Shown: piece by piece, positions 56,430 to 64,000 of the stretch
Numbering within the stretch: the first letter of the stretch is position 1
Layout: every line of letters starts with the position of its first letter
Assembly (NCBI GenBank): GCA_050115495.1
Contig: JASFQK010000034.1
Coordinates: forward strand, 1 to 64,000
Source of the DNA: Phycisphaerae bacterium
GTDB lineage: Bacteria > Planctomycetota > Phycisphaerae > UBA1845 > Fen-1342
Length of the DNA: 64,000 nt
Direction: 5' to 3'
Translations under genes and position numbers: made by a program
The notes under the pieces: generated by a model
Database searches by the model: none
The model's input: only the letters and a program-made list of their open reading frames with translations
Told to the model about the DNA's origin: nothing

Positions 56430-56870
56430 ATGGCCCAAGCATCGATCATCACGCTGGCCAACGCGATCACGGTCGACCTCAACGGCGGTACGTTCGAGGG
56501 TCGGTTCGTCGCCCAGCGCGGGTACCGGCCCGTCGTCGAGTTGCCGGACATCACCGGTGCGATTGTGACGGTCGTGCCCGCGAGTCTGAAAGGTGAGGTC
56601 GCCGACCGAAGATCGTGGTTCTACGACGACCGGATCTACATCGGCCTGCTCAAGAAGGTCGATCCCGAGGACCTCGCCGAGCTCGACGGGCTGATGGCCC
56701 TGGTCGAGGAGATCGGCGACCACCTGATTGGTAGCGAGCTGGCGGCGTTTCCCGAGGCCCGCTGCCTGGCGATCGAGAACGACCCGCTCTTCTCGCCGGA
56801 GCACCTGGAGCAACGACGGCAGTTCACGAGTCTGCTCACGGCCGTGTACCGCCTGCGGAGGGTCTCATGA
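56430..56870 (+). CDS. Putative tail terminator/completion protein
   Basis: Position; VTVVP...IGLLKK...LMALVEEI...FTSLLTAVY. Confidence 0.55.
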   Translation: MAQASIITLANAITVDLNGGTFEGRFVAQRGYRPVVELPDITGAIVTVVPASLKGEVADRRSWFYDDRIYIGLLKKVDPEDLAELDGLMALVEEIGDHLIGSELAAFPEARCLAIENDPLFSPEHLEQRRQFTSLLTAVYRLRRVS

Positions 56871-57169
56871 ACGTCCGGGCCCTGGCCATCACGCCGGACG
56901 CGGCCGTGATCGCGCTGGTGGGCGACCACGAGCTGCGGATCACCAAGACCTGGCTGGCGAGCCAGTTCGCCGTCGCGCCCGGCGCGTCGGCGGCCGAGAA
57001 GCGGGACGCCACGCTGGCGGCGCTGCGGGAGACGTTTGTGGACCCGGAGCTGCTGGTCCCGGAGCGGCTGTGGGTGGACTTCGAGGACGACGGCACGATC
57101 CGTGCGGTCGTGGTGACGCGTGAGGACGGGTGTCCGTTCAACAACGCACGGTGGGCCCATCTGGCGTAG
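56867..57169 (+). CDS. Hypothetical phage protein
   Basis: Coupled ORF in the late operon. Confidence 0.5.
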   Translation: MNVRALAITPDAAVIALVGDHELRITKTWLASQFAVAPGASAAEKRDATLAALRETFVDPELLVPERLWVDFEDDGTIRAVVVTREDGCPFNNARWAHLA

Positions 57170-57181
57170 GAGACGATTGCC

Positions 57182-58549
57182 GTGCCTGTGCAGTGGTGTG
57201 CTGGTTTCGAGGCGGGTGACGCCAACGAGCTGGTCGGCGTGGCCGGGTCGGTCTCAGTTATCGAGGCCGCGGCCCGCACCGGCCGGTACGGCGTGCGTAT
57301 CGCGCCGCCCGCCGGCGGCGACAGCGCCTACATCACGCTGGCCAACACGCTGACCGGCTTCGGGACGCCCAGCGTGACCTCGCGGTCGGCGTACGTGCTC
57401 GGCTTCGCGTTTCGGGTCGTCGCCCCGCCGACGGCCCCCGGGACTTGGGAGTACCTGCTCTACATCGCCAACTACACGCAGCACCGGGCGTCGTTGTCGC
57501 TGTCGGGTGAGGGCCGGCTCGCGTTGCGGATCGGCGCGATGGACGCGCCCGTGTCGGCGACGTTTGGGCCGGTCGTGCCCGGGCGCTGGCACTACTGCGA
57601 ACTGGCCGTGCTGGCCGACAGCTTCGTTTGGCGCATGGACGGTCAGCTCGTGGCCACCGGCGCCGCCGCGCCCGGCGGAATCATGAACCGAGCGTATCTC
57701 GGCAAGCGCATCGACCTGCAGGAGCAGGGCTACACGCTCGACGTGGACGATCTCTACACGGAGACCGCGCCCGACTTCCTCGGACCGACGGCCCGCGTAC
57801 TCCGACTGGCTCCGAATGCCGACGGCGAGACGGTGGCGTGGGTCAGGCACGGCATCGGCCTCACGAGCTTCTGGCAGCACCTGGCCGACGTCCCGCACGA
57901 CGGCGACGTCACCTACGTTTCAAAACTCCTGGCGGCCGGAACGTTCGGCGTCGGCTTCGAAGACATCGCGCTGCAAGCCGGCGAGCAGATCGCCGCGGTC
58001 ACTGCGGCGGTGGTCTGGCGGTCGACCACTTCGGCGAACGGCAGCGCCTACTTGCGCGTCGGCGACCACAGCGACGGGGCCGGCGGGGCGCCGGTGAGCA
58101 CGTCCTACGACACCGCGTTCGTCCTGTCGCGGCTGGTGCCCGGCACGTCGCGAAAGTGGACGAAGGCCGACGTCGATGCCGTCGTGGCCGGCGCTGCGAT
58201 GGCCTCGGGCACTGAGTTGTGCTGCACGCAGATCGGCCTGCACGTGCTGCTGTACGCGCCGCCGGCCGCGACCTCGATGTTTCGGTTTCAACGAAAGGAC
58301 ACGCCCATGAACTTCGTGGCGATGGAACCGCTGGTGGCCAGCGGATCGGACCAGCCGATCGAGGTGCCTCGCGGGGCAACGCTGCTGGTGCACCCGCTGG
58401 AGGCTGGCGTGGAGGTCCGCGACCGGCCGGGCGCGACCGCCAAGCTGACGATCACGGCCGGCTCGCTGGTGCCGCTGGGCCCGTCGTTGGGCCAGAAGGT
58501 GTACCTGCGGGCCACCGCGGGAACGACGATCGAACTGGCGCTGACGTAG
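57182..58549 (+). CDS. LamG/concanavalin-like virion protein (possible receptor binding)
   Basis: GFEAG, AARTGRYG, PGRWHYCEL, MDGQ, VDDLY, L.PNADG motifs. Confidence 0.6.
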   Translation: MPVQWCAGFEAGDANELVGVAGSVSVIEAAARTGRYGVRIAPPAGGDSAYITLANTLTGFGTPSVTSRSAYVLGFAFRVVAPPTAPGTWEYLLYIANYTQHRASLSLSGEGRLALRIGAMDAPVSATFGPVVPGRWHYCELAVLADSFVWRMDGQLVATGAAAPGGIMNRAYLGKRIDLQEQGYTLDVDDLYTETAPDFLGPTARVLRLAPNADGETVAWVRHGIGLTSFWQHLADVPHDGDVTYVSKLLAAGTFGVGFEDIALQAGEQIAAVTAAVVWRSTTSANGSAYLRVGDHSDGAGGAPVSTSYDTAFVLSRLVPGTSRKWTKADVDAVVAGAAMASGTELCCTQIGLHVLLYAPPAATSMFRFQRKDTPMNFVAMEPLVASGSDQPIEVPRGATLLVHPLEAGVEVRDRPGATAKLTITAGSLVPLGPSLGQKVYLRATAGTTIELALT

Positions 58550-58566
58550 CGCAGGAGGATTGAGAC

Positions 58567-58980
58567 ATGCCGACTTTCTATCTCGGACGCAAGGGCCACC
58601 TGTACTACGGCGTCGAAGGCGTGTCGCCGTCGGCCGAGCTGCTCGATATCGAGGGGCTCACGCTGGATTGCGACGCCAACACCGTCAGCTTCGTGACACG
58701 TCGCGGTGACGGCATGGAGACCACGGTGCAGGTGTCGCGCTCGTGTGCCGTCGACTTCACGCTCGTCAAGTATCCCGAGGCGGCGGCCGCCTACGCGATG
58801 TTCCGCAACGCGTGGCGCACCGGCGCCCCGATCGCCCTGAAGATCCTCGACGAGACCGGCGAGGGCCCGGACGGCGACTTCACGGTCACCAAGTGCAGCC
58901 GCAAGGAGGATGCGGGTGACGTGGTGAAGGTCGACATCTCCGTCAAGATCGTCTCGCTCCGAGACTGGATTGGAGGCTGA
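58567..58980 (+). CDS. Putative tail tube protein
   Basis: LG..G.LYYG...LTLD...TR...G.DGDFTVT..SR.E....VK.DI.VK. Confidence 0.6.
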   Translation: MPTFYLGRKGHLYYGVEGVSPSAELLDIEGLTLDCDANTVSFVTRRGDGMETTVQVSRSCAVDFTLVKYPEAAAAYAMFRNAWRTGAPIALKILDETGEGPDGDFTVTKCSRKEDAGDVVKVDISVKIVSLRDWIGG

Positions 58981-58982
58981 AC

Positions 58983-59582
58983 ATGTCCACCGGAACACTG
59001 CAACTGACCGGGCATATCGCCGGCATCGGGCTGGGCGGCGAAGCGAAACGCACGGCCGACGCCCATCTCGGGCTGGACCCGACGCTGCCGGCGGCGAAGT
59101 CCGGCACGCTCAGCACGCGCACGAGCGACACCGCCGGCACGCTGACGCTCAGCACCGGCCACGGCTTCGCCGAGGGCGACGTGGTGGACATCTACTGGAC
59201 GGGCGGCTGCTGCTACGGCGCCGAGGTTGGCGTCGTGGTCGGCAACGACGTGCCGTTCACCGGGGCCGCCGGCGACGTGCTGCCCCCGGAAAGCGCGACG
59301 ATCACCGTCCAGGAGCAGCAGGTCCACAACATCGACTTCGTGGGCGATCTGGCGGTGGCGATCGCCGCGCACTGCTCCCAGAAGTCGCAGCTGCTCTTCT
59401 GGGCCAATTCGTCGGTCGTCCTGGCCATCCCGCTGGCCGCCGGCGAGCCGTGGTTTTGGCTCGACGGGCAGACGGCGGCGAACCCGCTGGCCTCGGAGAC
59501 GATCACGCACGTCACGATCACGCAGGGTGGGACGGAGGCGGCGATGTTTCGAGCGGGCGTGCTCTACGACTCCGCGGGGTAA
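58983..59582 (+). CDS. Hypothetical virion structural protein
   Basis: Thr/Gly-rich beta protein in the tail operon. Confidence 0.55.
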   Translation: MSTGTLQLTGHIAGIGLGGEAKRTADAHLGLDPTLPAAKSGTLSTRTSDTAGTLTLSTGHGFAEGDVVDIYWTGGCCYGAEVGVVVGNDVPFTGAAGDVLPPESATITVQEQQVHNIDFVGDLAVAIAAHCSQKSQLLFWANSSVVLAIPLAAGEPWFWLDGQTAANPLASETITHVTITQGGTEAAMFRAGVLYDSAG

Positions 59583-59620
59583 CAACGGGCCGGGGAGCCG
59601 GCCCAGGGAGGTAACTGTCC

Positions 59621-60106
59621 GTGAAGGTCTTCAAGGACAACGAGAACCGCGAGTGGCAGCTCGCCGTCAACGTGAACGCCATGAAGCGCGTTCGCGGTCT
59701 GCTCGACGTCAACCTGCTCGACTTTCTCGACAACAGGATCGTCGAGCGCTTCTACGGCGATCCGGTCCTGCTCTGCGACGTGATCTACGCGATCTGCAAG
59801 CCGCAGGCCGACGCCGCGGGCGTCAGCGACGAGGACTTCGGCCGGGCGATGGCCGGCGACGCCATCGACGCGGCCACGAAGGCCCTGCTGAAGGAACTCG
59901 TAAATTTCTGCCCGAGCCCGAGGGATCGGGCGAACCTGAATCGCGTGCTCGACGTGACGCAGACCGTGATGGATCGGGCGAGGGACGTGATCGAGACGAA
60001 GCTGGCGGAGATCGACGTGGATCAAATCGTCGAGCAAGTCCAGACGAGCTTGAACGCTGGATCTGGCAGTGTGCCGGCGTCGCTGGCGTCGATCCCGGAC
60101 CGCTGA
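59621..60106 (+). CDS. Tail assembly chaperone (gpG-like)
   Basis: FKDN..REW...VN...KRVR...LCDVIYAIC...FG.AM.GD; contains slippery heptamer AAATTTC. Confidence 0.7.
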   Translation: MKVFKDNENREWQLAVNVNAMKRVRGLLDVNLLDFLDNRIVERFYGDPVLLCDVIYAICKPQADAAGVSDEDFGRAMAGDAIDAATKALLKELVNFCPSPRDRANLNRVLDVTQTVMDRARDVIETKLAEIDVDQIVEQVQTSLNAGSGSVPASLASIPDR

Positions 60107-60321
60107 CGCTCCGCGAGCTCGCCGACATGGCCGAGGCCCGGTCGCGCGGCGAATGGGCTCGCGCCTCGGCGCTGATGATGACCGTGGCGAACTGCCACCG
60201 CGGCCCGAAGACCAGGCCGTTCGAGCCGTCCGACTTCGATCCGTACGCGAAGTCCGACGAACGTGAAGTGAGCAGTATGGCGGAGTTGAAGCCCTATTTC
60301 GTTGATGACGAGGAGGACTGA
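59902..60321 (+). CDS. -1 frameshift extension of the tail chaperone (gpGT-like)
   Basis: A-AAT-TTC slip site; the -1 frame stays open to 60321 and encodes GVDPGPLTLREL..MAE...ANCHR...PSDFDPY. Confidence 0.6.
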   Translation, partial: KFLPEPEGSGEPESRARRDADRDGSGEGRDRDEAGGDRRGSNRRASPDELERWIWQCAGVAGVDPGPLTLRELADMAEARSRGEWARASALMMTVANCHRGPKTRPFEPSDFDPYAKSDEREVSSMAELKPYFVDDEED

Positions 60322-60324
60322 CCG

Positions 60325-60630
60325 ATGTTTGCGAAGACGATTGCGTGTGTGCTGCTGCTGGGGCTCCTGCTGGGACTGCCCGGGTGTGCGACGCTGCTCT
60401 CCAAGAACCCCGAGCCGACGCAAATGGAGCGCGAGCTGAACGCGCTCGAACGGTCGAAGTTCCGCGGGCGGTTTTTGTTTCGCGCCTGGGGCGCGCCGCT
60501 GTCGATCTGGAACTGCGCCGGTGTCGGGCCGAATGCCCTGATCGAGGCCGACGGCGACGTGGACTTCACCGGCCCGCCGGCGTCGCTGGCGGGGCCGGCG
60601 CCGACCACGCAGCCGGCGGGCGGCACCTGA
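60325..60630 (+). CDS. Lipoprotein
   Basis: Signal with lipobox LLGLPGC. Confidence 0.65.
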   Translation: MFAKTIACVLLLGLLLGLPGCATLLSKNPEPTQMERELNALERSKFRGRFLFRAWGAPLSIWNCAGVGPNALIEADGDVDFTGPPASLAGPAPTTQPAGGT

Positions 60631-60663
60631 GACTCCAAGACCAACCACTAGGAAGGAGACGTC

Positions 60664-60978
60664 ATGACGACGACCAGCCCCAAGCCGGGGTGGAAGACCA
60701 CGGAGTTCTGGGCGGTGATGACCGCCAACGTCGCGATCCTGCTGTCGGCCGTGACCGGCTGGCTGCCGGCGGACTGGGCCTGCGCCGCCGCGGCCGTCGC
60801 CGATGGGCTCTACGCCGTCGGCCGCGGCCTGGCGAAGCAGGGAACCGCGACCAACGACACCGCGCTCAAAGAGGAGGTGATGCGTGCGCTCGTCAACCGT
60901 ATCGCGAGTGGCGGCGGCAGTACTACTGCTGCTAGCTCTGACGGGGTGCATCCGAGTGACCCCGCCGCCGGCGGTTAG
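60664..60978 (+). CDS. Holin-like small membrane protein
   Basis: KPGWKTTEFW followed by two hydrophobic segments and Y..GRG..K. Confidence 0.6.
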   Translation: MTTTSPKPGWKTTEFWAVMTANVAILLSAVTGWLPADWACAAAAVADGLYAVGRGLAKQGTATNDTALKEEVMRALVNRIASGGGSTTAASSDGVHPSDPAAGG

Positions 60979-61129
60979 CCCGATCACGATCGACGACCCC
61001 CGCGTCCAGGTCCAGCACCTGGACGCGGGCGAGCCGGCGCCCGCCGCCGGCGTGTGGATGTCCCAGTGGACGTTCGAGCGGCTCATCGAAGCCACGAAGC
61101 CGCCGGACAGTGAGCAAGCGAGCCGGTGA
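60884..61129 (+). CDS. Overlapping lipoprotein (o-spanin-like)
   Basis: GAGGAGG RBS, lipobox LALTGC, Pro-rich; start embedded in the +1 frame of the holin-like gene. Confidence 0.55.
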   Translation: MRSSTVSRVAAAVLLLLALTGCIRVTPPPAVSPITIDDPRVQVQHLDAGEPAPAAGVWMSQWTFERLIEATKPPDSEQASR

Positions 61130-61132
61130 ACC

Positions 61133-61603
61133 ATGGTGTCGATGCGGATGCGTATGCTTCAGTTTGACGCCCGGCCGTTCATGCGGGCGGTCGAGCGGGC
61201 CAATCGCAGGAATCTGACGCAGGCCGCGGACGAGATTCGCGATGTGGCTCAAGGCAGCATGCAGCGAAGGGTGGGCCTGGCTCCGCCCGGGCATCCTCCG
61301 TACATGCGGTCGCGCTGGCTGAAGCGAAGCGTCCGCTCCGGATTCGATCGCGGCACTCGAACGTCGGTTGCCGGCCCGGAGCGTGCGAGGGGCGCCGGAG
61401 CGACTGAGGAGCGGCTGCTGATGCGGTCGCTCGAGTTCGGGGACCGGTACGCGCTTGGCCGTCGTGCGAAGAAACGCCGCAAGGTCGGCGTTGACGAGAA
61501 GGTCGTGGTGACGATCCAGCCCAAGCCGTACATGGCTCCCGCACTGGACAAGGAACGCTCTCGCCTGCCGCGGATGTGGGCCGACGCGATCATCGGAGGA
61601 TAA
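61133..61603 (+). CDS. HK97 gp10-like neck/tail protein
   Basis: APPGHPP.....LKRS...LEFG...PKPYMAPAL. Confidence 0.65.
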   Translation: MVSMRMRMLQFDARPFMRAVERANRRNLTQAADEIRDVAQGSMQRRVGLAPPGHPPYMRSRWLKRSVRSGFDRGTRTSVAGPERARGAGATEERLLMRSLEFGDRYALGRRAKKRRKVGVDEKVVVTIQPKPYMAPALDKERSRLPRMWADAIIGG

Positions 61604-61606
61604 CAG

Positions 61607-63958
61607 ATGGCCGGCGCACGAGGCATTCGAGCGGGCCGGGCGTACGTCGAGCTCGGCGTGAACGACAAGATCGCCGCCGGGCTCAAGGCGGCCCAGCGCC
61701 GGCTGCAGGCGTTCGGGGCCAGCGTGCGTTCGATCGGGCAGAGGATGGTGGCCGTCAGCGCCGGTGCGGCTATCCCGCTAGCGCTCAGCGGGAAGGTGTT
61801 CGCCAACTTCGAACAGAAGATGGCCCGCGTCCAGGCGCTCACCGGGGCAACGGGGAAGGACTTCGAACGTCTCGCGACCGAGGCCAAGCGCCTCGGCGAG
61901 ACCACGGTCTTCTCGGCCAGCCAGGCCGCCGAGGCGATGAGCTTCTTTGCCTTGGCGGGGTACGACGTCGAGAAGATCCTCACAGCCATCGGGCCGACCC
62001 TGAACCTCGCCGCCGCCGGGCAGCTTGAGATCGCCCAGGCTGCGGACATCGCCGCCAAGATCATGGCCGGCATGGGCCTGGAGGCTGACCAGCTCGGCTA
62101 CGCCGTGGACGTGCTGACCAAGGCCATGACGACGGCCAACACCGACCTCAATCAACTCGGCGACGCCATGAAATTCGTCGGGCCGATCGCCAAGTCGGCT
62201 GGGATCGCTTTTGAGGAAGTCGTCGCCGCGGTCCAGTTGCTGTCGAACGCGGGCATCCAGGGCGAGATGGCCGGCACCACGCTGCGCGGGGCGATCCTGG
62301 CCCTGACCAGCCCGAGCAGTGAGGCTGCCGACGTGCTGAAGGAGCTCGGCGTCAGCGTCACCGACGCGAGCGGCAACGTCCGGCCGCTGGCCGACATCAT
62401 CGGCCAACTGAACCGGGCGATGGAGGGCATGGGCAGCGGCCAGAAGCTGGACATCCTCGGGCGGATCTTCCCGGCCCGCACTGCCGCCGGCGTGGCCGAG
62501 CTCCTGTCGCAGGGCGCGGATAAGCTGCGCGAGTACACCGCCGCTCTCGGCGAGTCGGGCGGGACCGCAGCCAAGATCGCCGGCACGCAGCTCAACACGC
62601 TCCAGGGCAACGCGACGATTCTGAAGAGCGCCATCGAGGGGCTGGCGATCGCCGTCGGCGAATCGCTCGGCGGCCCACTGCGCGTGGTCATCGACGCCGT
62701 CACACGCGTCGTCGGGCAATTCGCCCAGTGGATTCGCGCGAACCGCGAGCTCGTCGTCATGGTCTCGGCGGCGGTCGTAGGCGTCGGAGCCCTCGGCGCC
62801 GGGCTTGTAGGGCTCGGCGTGGCCGCTCAGGCGGCGGGCTTCGTACTCGGCGGGCTGGGCACGATCCTGGTCGCCGTGAAGGCGGCCCTGATCGCGACTA
62901 CGGCCGTGCTCGCCGCGATGGCTTCACCGATCGGCCTGGTGGTGACGGCCGCCGCAACGCTGGGAACGGCACTGGTCGTGTACAGCGGTGCCGGAGCGGA
63001 CGCGCTGGCTTGGCTGGGCGAGACGTGGGGGTGGCTGCGTGATACCGCGTCGAAGGTGCTCAAGGGCATCTCCGACGCCCTCGCCGCTGGCGACATGCAG
63101 CTCGCCGCGCAGGTGATGTGGGCGGGGCTGCGGGTGGTCTGGAAAACCGGGGTCGGCGCGCTGAACAAGGCGTGGCTGGCTGCGAAGCAGTTCTTTGTCA
63201 GAATTGCGTACGACATGTGGTACGGGGCGCAGGCGGCCTTCGAGATCGGTTGCCACGGAATCAAGATTGCGTGGGTAGAGACCACGGCGTTCATGTCTCG
63301 CATGTGGTACGGCATCGTTGACGGCATCAAGGACGCATGGAATGCGGTAGAGCACTGGCTCCAAGTCCGTTGGATCAAGCTGAAGTATGCGTACTTCTTG
63401 CTCTCTGACGAGCAGAAGCAGGCTGCAATAGCGCTTGTTGATCAGCAATACGCCGCGAAATCGGAAGGGGCGAAGAGCGAGAGCGCGGCCGCGCTCGACC
63501 AGCTTGAGGCCGATCGAAAAGCTGCCCTGCAGAAAGAAAGCGATTTCCATCAGTCCGAGCTCGAGCGCATCGGCCAAGCCGATCGAGAAGCCTCTGAATC
63601 GCTCGGTAAGGAAACGGACGCCGCAACCAAGGCTGCTGAAGATGCCCTCGCCCAAGCCAAGGCCGACCTGGACGCCGCTCTGAAGGCCGCGGCGAAAGCT
63701 CGCGAGGAAGCCGGCCTGCCGGCTGCCCCTGGTCGCCCGGCGGCTGTTGCGCTGCCGAACATGGACGACGTCGCCGCCAGGGTCGCCAACGCGATCGCCC
63801 CGCAGACCAGCGCCGCCGGCACGTTCAACCCGTTCGCGGTTCAAGGTCTTGGCCCCAGCTCTGTCGCCGAACGCACGCTCAAGGCGACGGAGGACGTCGT
63901 GAAAGGCGTCAAGCGAGTTGAAGAGAAGCTGGACGTCATCAAGTTCTCGCACGGGTAG
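61607..63958 (+). CDS. Tail tape measure protein (TP901 family)
   Basis: IRAGRAYVEL, FEQKMARVQA, TTVFSASQAAEAM, NAGIQGEMAGTTLR, LKSAIEGL. Confidence 0.93.
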   Translation: MAGARGIRAGRAYVELGVNDKIAAGLKAAQRRLQAFGASVRSIGQRMVAVSAGAAIPLALSGKVFANFEQKMARVQALTGATGKDFERLATEAKRLGETTVFSASQAAEAMSFFALAGYDVEKILTAIGPTLNLAAAGQLEIAQAADIAAKIMAGMGLEADQLGYAVDVLTKAMTTANTDLNQLGDAMKFVGPIAKSAGIAFEEVVAAVQLLSNAGIQGEMAGTTLRGAILALTSPSSEAADVLKELGVSVTDASGNVRPLADIIGQLNRAMEGMGSGQKLDILGRIFPARTAAGVAELLSQGADKLREYTAALGESGGTAAKIAGTQLNTLQGNATILKSAIEGLAIAVGESLGGPLRVVIDAVTRVVGQFAQWIRANRELVVMVSAAVVGVGALGAGLVGLGVAAQAAGFVLGGLGTILVAVKAALIATTAVLAAMASPIGLVVTAAATLGTALVVYSGAGADALAWLGETWGWLRDTASKVLKGISDALAAGDMQLAAQVMWAGLRVVWKTGVGALNKAWLAAKQFFVRIAYDMWYGAQAAFEIGCHGIKIAWVETTAFMSRMWYGIVDGIKDAWNAVEHWLQVRWIKLKYAYFLLSDEQKQAAIALVDQQYAAKSEGAKSESAAALDQLEADRKAALQKESDFHQSELERIGQADREASESLGKETDAATKAAEDALAQAKADLDAALKAAAKAREEAGLPAAPGRPAAVALPNMDDVAARVANAIAPQTSAAGTFNPFAVQGLGPSSVAERTLKATEDVVKGVKRVEEKLDVIKFSHG

Positions 63959-64000
63959 GGTTCAATATGGCGGTCACTCTGGAAGAGTTGCGGGAAAGTC

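Larger units (their letters stand above)
22948..64000 (+). mobile_element. Prophage (long-tailed, GpA terminase / lambda-type portal), right end beyond the window
   Basis: tRNA-adjacent integrase followed by colinear replication, packaging, head, tail and tape measure modules. Confidence 0.93.

Overview
High-GC window, most consistent with a Planctomycetota (Phycisphaerae-like) chromosome; the taxonomy is inferred from PEP-CTERM and dockerin-like secreted proteins and gene style. Bases 1-22.9 kb are host DNA: a degenerate M16 peptidase carrying in-frame REP-like palindromes, serS, and large secreted/surface proteins. From tRNA-Arg(TCT) (22874-22947) to the end of the window lies a long-tailed temperate prophage whose right end is outside the window. 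It has an integrase, a recombination/replication module, an iteron-type origin, two DNA methyltransferases, a GpA-type terminase, portal, protease-capsid fusion, tail genes with a -1 frameshift signal, a holin/lipoprotein cassette and a tape measure. Main highlights: (1) no CI-type repressor is visible; next to the integrase is a promoter, then a target site, a small three-way-junction RNA whose loop and bulge are complementary to sites upstream and downstream (P4 CI / P1 C4-like architecture), and a ~60%-identical paralogue of the putative small terminase; (2) a complete group IIA-like intron (RT-maturase-HNH) splits the ParB-methyltransferase right after the catalytic DPPY motif, with a candidate EBS1 matching DPPY-N/G codons; (3) a structured RNA and an atypical initiator-like tRNA(CAT) lead the head operon; (4) low-GC morons, including a HEPN-like gene. 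All calls come from reading the sequence by eye; no searches were run.
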